DNA of 64,000 nucleotides from positions 47,802,001-47,866,000 of the forward strand of contig NC_090346.1 in NCBI RefSeq assembly GCF_035084215.1. The letters are read 5' to 3'. Below the pieces are notes generated by a model, which ran no database searches, was not told the origin of the DNA, and was given only the letters and a program-made list of their open reading frames with translations. Shown here piece by piece: positions 47,945-61,368 of the stretch; the first letter of the stretch is position 1; each line of letters starts with the position of its first letter. The position numbers were made by a program, and so were the translations under genes. The stretch comes from Heptranchias perlo (taxonomy: Eukaryota).

Positions 47945-49230
47945 ACAACAACTTGCATTTGTATGGTGCCTTTAACATAAAGTCGCTTTACAGATAGCGT
48001 GTGTGGAAAAGAAACATATATTTGTATGGAAACGAGAGATTAGGAGTGACTAAAAGTTTGGTCGAAGAGACGGGTTTTGATCAGGCATTTTAAAGGGAAA
48101 AGGAAAGGTGGTGGGGTTTACGGTGGGAATTGCAGTTGTGGGGGGTGGGCGTGCTCAAGAGTTCAGCGTCAAAGGAATTGATGGAGAGTTTGATGTAGAT
48201 ATAGAGCCAGAGGAGATGGCAGCACTGGGGTGGGGTTGGGATCAAGGGATTTAAAAACAAGGGTAAGGATTTTAAACTTGATCCATTGGAGGATGAGGAA
48301 CCAATATCGGCCAGCAAGGACCAGGGTTATGGGTGAGCTTTAGCTAGTGTGGGACAAGATACATGCAGCAGAGTTTTGGACAAGTTAGAGTTTATGGAAG
48401 GTAGAGGAAGGAATGTCAGAGTCGAGTCTAGAGATGACAGAGATGTGTATGGACTTCAGTGGCAAGGTGGGCAATGTTGCAGAGGTGGAAGTAAGTGATT
48501 TTTGTGATTGAGAAGATGTGGACTCAAGCTCAGCTCAGCGTTGAACAGGATGTCAAGGTTGCAAACAGCCTGGTTTAGCCCGAGTGCGTGGCTGGTTAGA
48601 TGGATGGAATCAGTGACAAGGGAGTGGATTTTGTGATGAGGACCAAAGATGATGGCTTCAGACTTCAGTGTTAAGCCAGAGGCAGTTGAGATTCATACAG
48701 GGCTGGATGTTGGGCAAGCAGCTCTACATTACAGAGACGCTCGAGACAGATGGTGGTGATGTAGAGTTGAGTGTCATTGGTGTAAATGTGGAAGTTGACC
48801 CACATGTTTGCGGATTGTGATACTGTGGGGCAGCACGTAGACCAGCGAGGGGGGAGAATGTGGAACTCAGAAGATGACTGTGTAGAGGTGGGAAAATGCT
48901 GGAGATACTCTGATTGTTTAGACGGTTAGGAGTGGAAGCATGCAAGATCAGTTCTACAGAGCTGAACAAGGAGAGGTGTTGGAGGAGCATGGCATGGTCA
49001 ACCTTATCAAACCTGGTGGAGAGGATGAAGATGGATAAAGTACCACAGTCACGGAGGATGTCAGGGATTTTGGTTTTGCCATTTTGGTGTTGTGAAAAGG
49101 GCAGCGGTTGGACAGGAGGGATTCAGACGGAGTTATGGGAGAGATGGACACAGACGTGAAAGAAAACAACATATTTAAGCACCTTAGAGAGCAAGGGAAA
49201 ATTGGGGAAGGGGTGGTAATTGATGAAAAC
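47945..49230 (-). mobile_element. Old degenerate L2 LINE
   Basis: L2 3' tail at about 47950 and degenerate RT-like sequence (reverse complement of ...acaccaatgacactcaactctac...). Confidence 0.6.
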
Positions 49231-49387
49231 GGAAGGGTCACATCACACTTCTTGCAAAACTTCTCTGGAACTTTTTTGATAACTTCCCTGTTGCTGTAAA
49301 ACAGCATATTGTCTGATTCACGGGAGGTCTACTTTTATTTCTCGCTTTGAATGAAGAGGCAATAATTGTCATTGTTTTTCCTTGTAG

Positions 49388-49498
49388 GTAATGAACAAGG
49401 ATTCTGTATGATGTGTATGATGCAGAATCATATTACCCAGGTCTTTTCCAGTTCTGGAAATGTCATCAAGCCCATGTCCGTCATTAATGACCTCAGAC
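49388..49498 (+). CDS. USP42: USP42 coding exon 3
   Basis: ttgtag|GT...AGAC|gtaaga; [36 protein letters not shown]. Confidence 0.95.
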
Positions 49499-52400
49499 GT
49501 AAGAATTGTTTTTTTCCTTGAATAACTAACCTCAATAAACTGTCAAAATAACAATACAGTGCAACCTCCATTATCTGCCTTAGTGAAGCGTCCTGCAATG
49601 GATGTTGAACATTGAAAGCTAATAGTGTCCCCAAATTTTGATCATACATGTATGATACATGAATACTTTTGGCACAGGAATGAAGACAAGACCAATACAC
49701 GTAACAAAAACAAAGTTTAATCTTTCTTGTGATGTAAAATTAACTTATGTCAGGCGGCGATTGGTATTAGCCAGCTGTGCAATAAGGTGACGTTTTGCAA
49801 AAAAATTCTGGCAGATAATTGAAACGTGGATAATAGAAGTTCCACTGTACATCTAGAATTTGAAAATCTGTTCGTTTCTTGCCTTTCATGACTTGAAACC
49901 ACTGACCAGGCCGTTGGTTTGTAATTTTCATGGAAAAAATTTATGGAATTGCGTAATGCAATTTCCCCCAAAATCCTTTATAAAACTCCCGCTATCCCAT
50001 GTAACAAAAGTGGAATTTGACTTTACAGCCCCTCAAAATCAGTAGACCTGCTGATGAGGGAAGGATGATTAAAAAATGCTGTACTGGATACAAGCTAAGT
50101 TTAAGGGCTAATATAAGGAGGTTTTGATGTACAGTTTTGTTTTTTTGATTTTAAAAAAGGGCGTTTCGTTGAATTACATCTCAATAACGCGAGAACTCAT
50201 GAGGACTCTCACAGAACTCGTGACTTCCTATCTATTAACTCAGGGGTTCCTTTTGAAAATGGGCATGCTTGGTGTGCTGGACTGTGCTTCTGTAGACCTT
50301 TATACATGAACACTAACTTATCACCTCAGTAACTTAACATTTTATCTGATTTTCACCAAACTTGATCAGTGATTTTTCTCTTCAGACTCGTGGTACCTTT
50401 TGATAAATCAGTAGGTGAACTGGATACAGCACCTAAGCACTGACTCGTGACCTCAGTAAGTTAGACTTTATTAGATTTTTACCAAACTTATAAGGAACTT
50501 CCTCTACACTTGATGCGTTCATTAAAAATGGGAGAAACTTTGCATTTGTGATTACTGATTTGATGCCCTGATCAATGCACAAATTTGCAAAATGCCAAAA
50601 AAAACAAAATACATAGTGCAAAATGACAGACAAACACAAAACAAAGTGCTAAAACACATTTTTTGCGAGTGCTGAATTGTTGAAAATCAGGCCCTTTTTA
50701 GTTTTAAGATAACCTTTTAATGACTATGTACTTTATTCTCTTGATACTTTGCTTTTAAAATTTTCTGCCCTCCTGACTCTTCCTATGTATAAAATGTAAT
50801 CTGTGCTACAGAAAGATTGGAACTTTCTGAATCACTAGTATTTTCTAGTGGCGAGAAAGAGTAGAGTTGGTGTTAGTTTATCCGAGCAGTCCCCTTTAAA
50901 GCATTTCAGGGTCGAAATAAATCATTCATCTGACTTGCTTAATGAAGAGATACACTCATTAGCATTAAAGTAGAGCTGCTTGCGTTACTGTGGGTTGTTT
51001 ATGTATTTGGGATCGTTTGGACGAATACAACAAAATTAACCTGTGCAGACCATGATTGCCAGGACTCTGATTGGCATCTTTCCTTATTGGTATGGCTGAA
51101 GTTGGTAACTAAGGGATTGAACCTACTGTCACTATTCTGTGATGCAATATATTGTGTTGGTGCTTTCGGTGTGTTCTTGTAAGTTCTCTTTTCAGAAATG
51201 TATGCTATAATGAATACTGTGTAGACCATACAAAATGAGAGTGCCTGGTATATTTTGAATCTGACTAGAAATAGATAGAGGGACTGCAAGCACCCAAAAA
51301 GAAGTTTAATTGAAATTAAAAATGTATCCATATTCTCTTGATAGGTATAAAATTGCACCTCATTTGCTGATTGGTGCAATGATAGCTATCCCATTTTATG
51401 GCAATTCATAGAAAGTTAGGCAATCTGTTGAAACAAAATGCATGTTCTCTTTTTGTTTTTAAAAAGTACATTAGTCTTTATGTACTTTAACATTAGTAAA
51501 TTCAGTCAAGCATAGCTTCAGTTTGCATACCATGGTGGCTATATTAGATTTGGTCTCTGGATCTTCCCCATACATACCACTGTAATGAAGTGAAAATCTG
51601 TTGTTTTCAATCATAAGACATTTTTATATATTAGGGGAATTCTGGTAGCTGGCCAGCTGGCATGCACTTCAATTTGTTTACTGCTGGCTGGAAACAGACC
51701 CTCTATGTGGGCATCTGAAATACATTATTTGTCTTGCATGTTAGTGTTATTTTAAAAGACGGAGTCACCTCTGTCCAAGTGGACCACTTAATGAATGTTA
51801 AGCCATATTCATGTTGTTACAGTTAGTGCAGTTGTCCTGATGTTTAGGCATTTTACATTGGTTATTAATTGTGTGTGATGCCAGTGGTCTGCAAATTGCT
51901 GGTTGACACAGATTTGTAAAAGGGCTTGTAGGGGTGTGAAGCAACACAAGGATGTTTTGCAAATTGGTGAATTGCAGTGAGCTACAGGAAAAGAAGAGAG
52001 AAGATTAACACTTCATCCACTAAATGGAAATGTTGAATGATCCGACCAAACAATTCTGTAATAGCACTTTACAATAACTTAAATAGATCAGCTTACCTTT
52101 GGCCAATCCAGTTTGACAGAAAGCTCTTTGATCATTGGAATTTACACAGAGAAGTGTTTTACATTGGTATCAAAAAGATAAAATGTTATGTAAACTGCCA
52201 GTTTCATAGCTATTTCCTCAGTTTATATAGGGTGTTTTGAAATTGCTAAATCATATCTTGTAACTGCAGAAGGTCTCATGCCTCCAGTTTATGATACCAA
52301 TGAGGTTTAATAGGATATGTATCTGAACACCCTATTGAAAATTGTTGCTGAGATTTGGTTGCTACTGGAGAAAAAACATATTATCTAAGGGATAAATTGG

Positions 52401-53745
52401 CAAAAACACTTATTTGGTTTTATACAGAAGGTTTACTTCAAGAATTTTACCTCACGGCTGGCTGATGCTGCATTTAGCGCTGCAGTGATATCCAGTTGCT
52501 GTCTTCATTAATTGTCATTGTGCAGTGAAGTTTGTGAAATGTTTGTACTTCCATGGGTTTGTATTAACTCAATTCAGGTATTAAGCTCTTATCAACCAGA
52601 GCAGTCATTGTGACATTAGTTGCATTCAGTGTAAAATATAATATTAAATAATAGATTTTTATTGCATTGTGACTCTGCACACCTATGATACTTTTTACAG
52701 TCCATAAGTAATTGACCCATGTGATATACAGTAGGTTGTACTCAAGTCAGAAATGCATCCTCTATTTGAATATTAGCTATGACTGGTTATGGTTTTTTTT
52801 AATGTATGCATTGGACTTTCCACTCTTGTTTTCTATTAATTGGCTTTCTTATTGTGGAAACTTACTTTTGCTGTTTTTGTTTTAATGCTGAAATGTAGAA
52901 AATTGAAAGTTGTCTGAAACCTTAATACCCACCGTGATTCGAGTATTGATTTTGATTCAATACTCTGAGGCAATCTATACAATTTTGTGCATGTGATATT
53001 TCTTTTCTCCTTGAGGAATATGTTCATTTGCGAGCTTGGATGACAAGTGGCAGACTTCGCAGTCAGTCCCAATCCTGAAATATCTCAACCTCCATTTCTC
53101 AGCACTTTCAGTAAGTGCCATTGGATGTCAATGAGGAGTGGAATCTCTGGCTGATTTCCATTCCCCTGACCTGATGCACTGGGTTGAAGTGTCCCCACTA
53201 ACTCAGCACGGGAAATGAAACCTACAACCTAGATGGTAGTTGCATTCTGCCATTACCAACCGAGCCATTGGAGACAGGCTATTTATTTTCTAGTGGGGAA
53301 TAGCTCCATGAACTGGTAACACGCTGCCCCCCCCCCCCCCCCCCCACCCTCCACAGTATTTCAGATTTATGATCAACGTGCCCACATTGTCAGACTATTG
53401 GACACGGCAGGCATCACACCTAAGCTTGATCCTCTCCTCAGTCACATTTCAGCGGGGTCATTGCATAGCTATCATAACTGGAAATCCTGGCTGATTTCTT
53501 TTCCCCACTTCCCTTTCTAGTCCAGAGCACTGAGGACAAATACGCCCATGGCTGCCCTGTCTAAGATCAACAATTCACAGGCCATAGTTTGTCCTCCTCG
53601 TATATGTTCCCTCCCAAACTTGTCGGAGAAACATTTTCAGTGACAACAAACTCTCGAGCTCGTTTGTACTAAAAAAAAAAATTTTTCAAAATAATCTAGA
53701 CTTGTGTACTAGTCAATTCCATTATTTAAATTTTCATTCTTTTAG

Positions 53746-53848
53746 GAATAGCAAAACATTTTCGATTTGGAAACCAGGAAGATGCACATGAATTCCTGCG
53801 TTACACTGTTGATGCTCTCCAGAAAGCTTGCCTAAATGGAAGCAACAA
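53746..53848 (+). CDS. USP42: USP42 coding exon 4
   Basis: ttttag|GA...CAA|gtgagt; [33 protein letters not shown]. Confidence 0.96.
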
Positions 53849-54632
53849 GTGAGTACAAGTCTAAATGAAAATTGCAAGTGATTTAGAAGGGCTTTTTTTT
53901 AATACTTTCAATGAGTATTAATGTCTGTGTAAAGATTGAATACAATGCTGCATAATGTCTGCACAGTAAAATGTACCAAATGGCCATAGTTTCATAATGC
54001 TAAATTAAAAATACAATCAAGGAGCAAAGAAATTGGAGATCACCTCCACAATAAATAATTTTACTTAATGGAGAAATATAGAAGTTTCATTTATAGATTT
54101 GTGTAGATTAAAATAACACTTGGCAGAGTTTTATTTCATTAAAACATCAATTCTTTTACCACCAGGTAAGACCTTTGAATCAGGTTTCCTTCACTGCAGG
54201 TCATTTTGTGACCTTGTATTCCCAGCCAAAAGCATTGTTTCCTGGGGACCCATGTTAACATACAGCCTGTTCTGTAGTTCTGTTTCCTATGGGGTCAGTT
54301 TGGAATGCACGGGGCTCTCCCTGTTGCTGATGTCGCCAGAGTAGGAGTTCAAAGCACAAGAGAATAACGAAAGCTGGATGTTCCCAGTCACTTTCTTCCA
54401 CTCTTGCTTTCCCTCCCTTGACCCCTTGGAAGTGTGATGCCTCTGTTTGATGTCGCCACATGATGGCCCAGTGAAGATTGGGAGCTCATAATTTGAGAAA
54501 TCATGAGTATGAGTACCAATATGCTGTGCCACCAAACTGCCTTGAACTAAAGTGGTGTTTAATTTTAAATTGAACTGAAGATTGATTTTAGCGTGAAAAA
54601 TATACTGAATGTTCTTTCCGATACTTCTGTAG

Positions 54633-54700
54633 ATTGGATAGACAAACTCAGGCCACGACAATGATATATCAAATTTTTGGAGGGTACTTAAGGTCGAGAG
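54633..54700 (+). CDS. USP42: USP42 coding exon 5
   Basis: ctgtag|A...AGAG|gtatgt; LDRQTQATTMIYQIFGGYLRSR. Confidence 0.95.
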
Positions 54701-54926
54701 GTATGTTGCATTTGTTTAAAGATGAGAGTGGTTTTATATGTATGTAATGATTTTAGGGAAATGGCTGCATACTTAACTGAAAAACTCTGCTTTTTGCTTG
54801 CTGCAACAAAATAACCAATCATCGAACATTTAAATATTTACTGTATTGAACGTTTTATAGCAGTTCCATATGGATTTATATATTGTCTTGCAGAGCATTT
54901 TTCTAACAATATTTTTCCTATTTTAG

Positions 54927-54997
54927 TAAAATGTTTAAACTGCAAAGGAGTTTCTGACACATATGACCCATGCTTGGATATTGCCCTGGAAATAAAG
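54927..54997 (+). CDS. USP42: USP42 coding exon 6
   Basis: ttttag|TA...AAG|gtactg; [24 protein letters not shown]. Confidence 0.95.
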
Positions 54998-55869
54998 GTA
55001 CTGGAATTCATTATTCTTTGCTAGCTGCTATGATTTTCTTTTTTAAGATGCGATTTTCTCTCTCTGTTTGTACAGCATTTCCCATGAGCGGGTCTTGTTC
55101 TTCACAATCCAGAAGTGCTCTTCCTTCAAGCTCTTGCCTTGCAGAGGCGACAATGCCCAGAATGAACAGTGGCTCTAATCGTTGTAAACTATGCACTAGA
55201 CTTTATGGAGGCATAAAGCCTGTGTCTTCAGACTGTTGAGTAGACATAGACATAGAAAATAGGAGCAGGAGTAGGCCATTCAGCCCTTCGAGCCTGCTCT
55301 GCCATTCAATATGACCATGGCTGATCCTCTATCTCAATACCATATTCTCTCTCCCCATACTCCTTAATGCCTTTTTAAAGGCTAATATTCCATTAATCTT
55401 TTAAGATTTTTTTTAAGCATATGAATACTTCATGTCTTTGGATCTAATTCATTTGTCTGCTATTTTAATGGAGGCATTAATGTATTTATTTGCACAAGTT
55501 AATGCCTCTAAGAATTACAAATGAGTAGACAGATCACAACATTTGCAGGCTAAAATTATGATATTTACAAATTGAAGCACACATGGAAACATGAATATTA
55601 TATCTATCTTAATATTAAGGCGCGGCCAATATATCTCTCACAGCAATATTCTTGTAATTGCAATGTAGCGAGTCCAGTAAAGCATCAAATTGCTATCACA
55701 GCTTTTCTCCAGCAAAATTAGTCTTGTATCTCACAAAAATCAAATCTCCAGCAGCACGGACTTAGCTGCAGAAACTCCTCTGCAATGACTGTCTTCTCAG
55801 CAGTTCCGATTCCTGAACAGCCAACAGTTCAGTCCAGATGTCAGAATAGCATTTTGAAGAAAGAATATT

Positions 55870-56165
55870 TATTTGTCAAAAAAGCATATGGGATCCTTGG
55901 CTTTATAAATAGAGACATAGAATACTTTAGAAGCAAGGAAGTTATTAGGCCTCAGGTGTGGAGTATTCTGTCCAATTCTGGGAACCACATTTTAGGAAGG
56001 ATGAGAGTGCAGTAGAGATTTACCAGAATGATACCTGAGATGAAGAGGAAAAATTTGCAGGACTATGGGGAAAGAACAGTGGAGTGGGACTAATTGGATA
56101 GCTCTTTCAAAGAGCTGGCACTGGGATGATGGGCTGAATGGCCTCCTTTGTGCTGTATGCTTCTA
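55870..56165 (+). mobile_element. CR1 fragment with internal deletion
   Basis: KKAYGILGFINRDIEY joined directly to the CR1 3' UTR. Confidence 0.65.
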
Positions 56166-56858
56166 TTTTGGCATGCAACAATGGCACAATAATTCTAAAA
56201 TACTATATCATATTATAGATAAGTAGCAAGGAATTTAGACACATTGGCCAGAATCAAATGTCAGACAACACACACTGTAAACACAGTGGCCAGTAAATCT
56301 TTGCAAATTTCCATAAGATGTCGCAAGTCGTCTTTTGCTTTTATCACAATTTGTGACACAAGTTGCACTAACTTAGCGGATGACATCTGTTATGAAAAGT
56401 CTGGAAACTAAAAGTTTGTACAGGAATTACAATATAATGGTGTAAATCTAATATGAGTTGGGTGGGGCGAAGGTACATGCTTTGTTTCGCATTGAAAACC
56501 CCGTAAATATTAGCTTATGACCAAAGGATGTGTTTTTGTTTTGCTGGTTAGATTCCAGAGCCAAGTTCTGATCGTGTTTACACTGCTTTCATTATTATAA
56601 CTGTTTGGATTACGGACCAGTTTGGTTACTGGTGATTTATGTGCTGTAATTCAACTTTATTTTGCACATGAATTTTTATGGAATTCAGTTTTAAGTTTAA
56701 AGCTTGAAAGACCAGCTATAAAATCCAAAATGCTTAATTATGTACGTGTTTTATTTAGAAATATTCTAAAATATGTTTAGTTTTTTTTTGAAAGCATTCC
56801 CGATGGAAAACTTTACCTGTCTTACAATTATCTGTGAAAAATATGAATTCATTTTTAG

Positions 56859-56941
56859 ACTGCACCAAACATCACAAAAGCACTTGAGCAGTTTGTAAAG
56901 CCTGAGCAGCTGGATGGTGAAAATGCCTACAAATGCACCAA
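56859..56941 (+). CDS. USP42: USP42 coding exon 7
   Basis: ttttag|ACT...CCAA|gtgagt; TAPNITKALEQFVKPEQLDGENAYKCT. Confidence 0.95.
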
Positions 56942-59149
56942 GTGAGTAAACGTTCTCATAACAAAAATAAAGATTTGTTGGTAAGTTGTTAAATAGCTCT
57001 TCTTGTGTAACATAGTAATTTCTTCATGTCCATGGCAGCGCCCTTCCATATATACTGAATCAGTGTCCACGATGCCATTGTACTATTTGACCTATTGGTA
57101 ACAGACCTCACTATTTTAGTATTGCCATGTTCATTATTTTGCATCCTTATTTATAGGTTGGTATCCCAAATTTTTCTTCAGAATACATATGTTTAAAAGT
57201 TCTCTCTCAAGTACAGAATTAAAATTACTAGTGAAATAACATTTAACTAAACTAGGAGGTAGAAAATGTGCAGTCGCATAATGGATTTCTCTAAGAGAAA
57301 TATAAAAACATTTGCTGCAGAGGTTTCAATTTATATATAAGCATGTTGATGCATATAATACAAGAATGTATACCCATTGTGAAACTCATCACTAGTTTCG
57401 TGATTGCTAGCTACCCTTTCACCATGAGACAACTCACTGATGCACTAACTGCGTCATTCACAGTTTCATGGTGCAGCAGAAATGACTAGGCCCACCAATT
57501 TCTAAGACTCTACTTACAGTGCATGTATGTATATCTATATGTGTATCTTGTAAAGTAATGAGAAGTCATAATGGTGTGGTGTAGGCTGGATATAAATTTC
57601 CATGTAATGTCACGAATACTTGTAATAGTTCTTCGAACATCTGGTAGCACCGTCAGGAGTATAAAATGCAGTGGACATAAAAATGTTTGTCAATCGCCCA
57701 CCCAAATAAGAAGTATATTTGTCCACCAACCTCAACAGCACATTTTAAAAACCAGAACCAAAACAAAATAGATGTATTAACAGAGTGGTAGGGTATAGTT
57801 TGGTTTGATGTGCCTTTGGGAAGAGTAGAATTGAAACTTCAAATGGAGTAAGAGAATATGGTCTGTTTTCTCAGCCCCCTTTCCCCCCCCCCCCCCCCCC
57901 CAGAACATTATAGACGAGCATCAGCAGCGAAATGGAAGTATGTTTGATAAGTGCTATTATGTTATAAAGGGAGAGAAAAGTAGATTAAACAGGAGTGGAA
58001 GGGAAGTATTTTTCCTGCTTTTACTACATGCAGTACTTATCGTCCCAAGCCAGTAGGAGGGAGTGTTCCCTGCCCCAGGTTTCTGCCAATGCTGCTGTAT
58101 AACTAGAGATCTGTAGGTGTGTGAAAATAACTCAATTCTTCCATTCCATCTTGTGGGGAGAGGCATGGTTTCTGCTCAACGCCTCCTACGGATGATCAGT
58201 AATCCATTATAGGGGGAGTAGCGTCTTCAGAGCTGTTTTCATACCAGTGTGATGGTGCTCCAACATGTGCTATCACGTTACACTGAGTAAAATGTTTCTC
58301 CCCCCTCCCCAAACAAAGTCCCTGACTGTTGGTATAAAACCTCCAGGCAAAGGTTGATTGTCAGAAAACAAGACTGACAATGTCTTAATGGCAAACTAAC
58401 TGTTCAAGATAATTTTAAGTAATGGGAAGTGATTAATGATATAATCAGGTTATGGAGTTAGGATGTTTATAAACAACTCTCGTTATTTGTCACTGAACCC
58501 TTCGATTAGATTACAGGCTTGTAATCACTCCTGACTATCTAGTACATATAATTGTGTCTGACATCTATTAGTTGCTGAGAGATGGGCAGTCCTACAAGTG
58601 CCTAGCAGGTTCTCATTAACCTATGTGTAGTTCTGAGTATTTGAATAAATTTACCTCTGCTTTCAAACATTTGCAATAAGATATATCTGGCAGGTGTAAT
58701 AAATATTAAGGTTAGCACTTCAATTTCTATAAATATTACGTCGTAATCTAATTTTTTTTTAAAGTAGGCCAGTTTCTAAGGTTAAGAACAACACCAAAGC
58801 ATTGACTAGGACATGAGTAAGCTAACTGGGGTTTATTCTGTAGACAGGTTATTCAAGCCTTGACTGCTTAACTGCATAATTTTTGTAAAACTAACAAAGA
58901 ATGAAGTGCATTACTGTTGTTAAAAAAAAACTGGTTTAAGCTATCAGCTCTGGTGGATTTGCATTAACTTGCAAGTATTATGCCCCAGCGAACAAAGGTC
59001 AGCCTACATGCACATAGTGTATTTGTCACGGGGTATGGAAATTTAGTTTAAATTGTGACTTTTTAAAAAGTCACTCATCCATGTAGCCATCTTGTAGATT
59101 AAACCCACAGCACCACATTTACAGTTTTGTGTTTGTGTAAATTTTCACT

Positions 59150-60710
59150 TTTTTATTCGTTCATGGGATGTGGGCGTCGCTGGCAAGACCAGCATTTATT
59201 GCCCATCCTTAATTGCCCTTGAGAAGGTGGTGGTGGTGAGCCGCCTTCTTGAACCGCTGCAGTCCATGTGGTGATGGTTCACCCACAGTGCTGTTAGGTA
59301 GGGAGTTCCAGGATTTTGACCCAGCGACGATGAAGGAACGGCGATGTATTTCCAAGTCGGGATGGTGTGTGACTTGGAGGGGAACGTGCAGGTGGTGTTG
59401 TTCCCATGTGCCTGCAGCCCTTGTCCTTTTAGGTGATAGAGGTCACAGGTTTGGGAGGTGCTGTCGAAGAAGCCTTGGCGAGTTGCTGCAGTGCATCCTG
59501 TGGATGGTACACACTGCAGTCACGGTGCGCCGGTGGTGAAGGGAGTGAATGTTTAGTGTGGTGGATGGGTGCCAATCAAGCGGGCTGCTTTGTCCTGGAT
59601 GGTGTCGAGCTTCTTGCAGGCAAGTGGAGAGTATTCCATCACACTCCTGACTTGTGCCTTGTAGATGGTGGAAAAGCTTTGGGGAGTCAGGAGGTGAGTC
59701 ACTTGCCACAGAATATTCAGCCTCTGACCTGCTCTTGTAGCCACAGTATTTATATGGCTGGTCCAGTTAAGTTTCTGGTCAATGGTGACCCCCAGGATGT
59801 TGATGGTGGAGGATTCGGCGATGGTAATGCCGTTGAATGTCAAGGGGAGGTGGTTAGACACTCTCTTGTTGGAGATGGTCATTGCCTGGCACTTGTCGGG
59901 TACGAATGTTACTTGCCACTTATGAGCCCAAGCCTGGATGTTGTGCAGGTCTTGCTGCATGCAGGCACGGACTGCTTCATTATCTGAGGGGTTGCGAATG
60001 GAACTGAACACTGTGCAATTATCAGTGAACATCCCCATTTCTGACCTTATGATGGAGGGATGGTCATTAATGAAGCAGCTGAAGATGGTTGGGCCTAGGA
60101 CACTGCCCTGAGGAACTCCTGCAGCAATATCCTGGGGCTGAGATGATTGGCCTCCAACAACCACGACCATCTTCCTTCGTGCTAGGTGTGACTCCAGTCA
60201 CTGGAGAGTTTTCCCCCTGATTCCCATTGACTTCAATTTTACTAGGGCTCCTTGGTGCCCTAGTAAAATTGATGTCAAGGGCAGTCACTCTCACCTCACC
60301 TCTGGAATTCAGCTCTTTTGTCCATATTTGGACCAAGGCTGTAATGAGGTCTGGAGCTGAGTGGTCCTGGCGGAAACCAAACTGAACATCGGTGAGCAGG
60401 TTATTGGTGAGTAAGTGCCGCTTGATAGCACTGTCGTTGACACCTTCCATCACTTTGAAGATTGAGAGTAGACTGATGGGGCGGTAATTGGCCGGATTGG
60501 ATTTGTCTTGCTTTTTGTGGACAAGGCATACCTGGGCAATTTTCCACTTTGTCGGGATGAGGACGAGGTCAAGTGTTGGTTCACTCACCACCTGCCGCAG
60601 GCCCAGTCTGGCAGCTATGTCCTTCAGGACTCAGTCAGTAGTGGTGCTACCGAGCCACTCTTGGTGATGGACATTGAAGTCCCCAGAGTACATTCTGTAA
60701 CCTTGCTACC
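59150..60710 (-). mobile_element. Same CR1/L2-group LINE family, about 1.5 kb with a degenerate RT domain
   Basis: NPANYRPISLLS, QFGFRQDHSAPDL, GVPQGSVLGPTIFSCFIND, with frameshifts; short copies at about 7355-7460 (-) and 33225-33405 (+). Confidence 0.9.
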
Positions 60711-61125
60711 CATTCTCTAGTGTTATTTACTGTACCATGGCATCTAGTAGCCCTTTCCAGATAAATCGTTGTAGATCACATTCACGATCCCTTCCAAGGA
60801 CCAGCATACACTTATTCATTGCCTCCGAGACAGGCCCCGGTGTAAGTTCATAAGGGTTAATTATTCAATTTAAGCAGTGTCTGGGTTGATCCATTCATGG
60901 TTATTTGTTGAACTTTGTCCTTCACTGGTGTAGCGTTTTGGCAAGCAATGAGGCAACGGAAAGCAGCCTATAATTCAACAATTTTGTATTGTTCCCGAAA
61001 GGCAAAGGAGTAAAGCCTCGAGAAATACAAAACGTTCTACTCAAACACTATTTCCCAACCCTGGGGCTCCCTTTCCATTGCAGGTAGTGCGTTGTAATTT
61101 TTTTTCCCTGAATAACTTGCTATAG

Positions 61126-61368
61126 TGTGGAGATGCCGGTGATGGACTGGGGTGGACAAATGTAAGGAATCTTACAACACCAGGTTATAGTCCAACAAAT
61201 TTATTTTAAAATCACAAGCTTTCGGAGATTATCCCCTTCGTCAGATGAATGAGTGAAAAGGAGAACCTTTTCACTCATTCATCTGACGAAGGGGATAATC
61301 TCCGAAAGCTTGTGATTTTAAAATAAATTTGTTGGACTATAACCTGGTGTTGTAAGATTCCTTACATT
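61126..61368. mobile_element. Fold-back Penelope-like element copy 5 (different subfamily), USP42 intron
   Basis: Perfect inverted arms about 100 bp, tail on the left; TSD TAACTTGCTATAG at 61113-61125 and 61369-61381. Confidence 0.82.
61279..61315 (+). ncRNA. Minimal type I hammerhead ribozyme motif (mirror copy on - strand at 61212-61248)
   Basis: UCAU CUGACGA A GGGGA uaa UCUCC GAAA GC UU GUGA. Confidence 0.7.
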
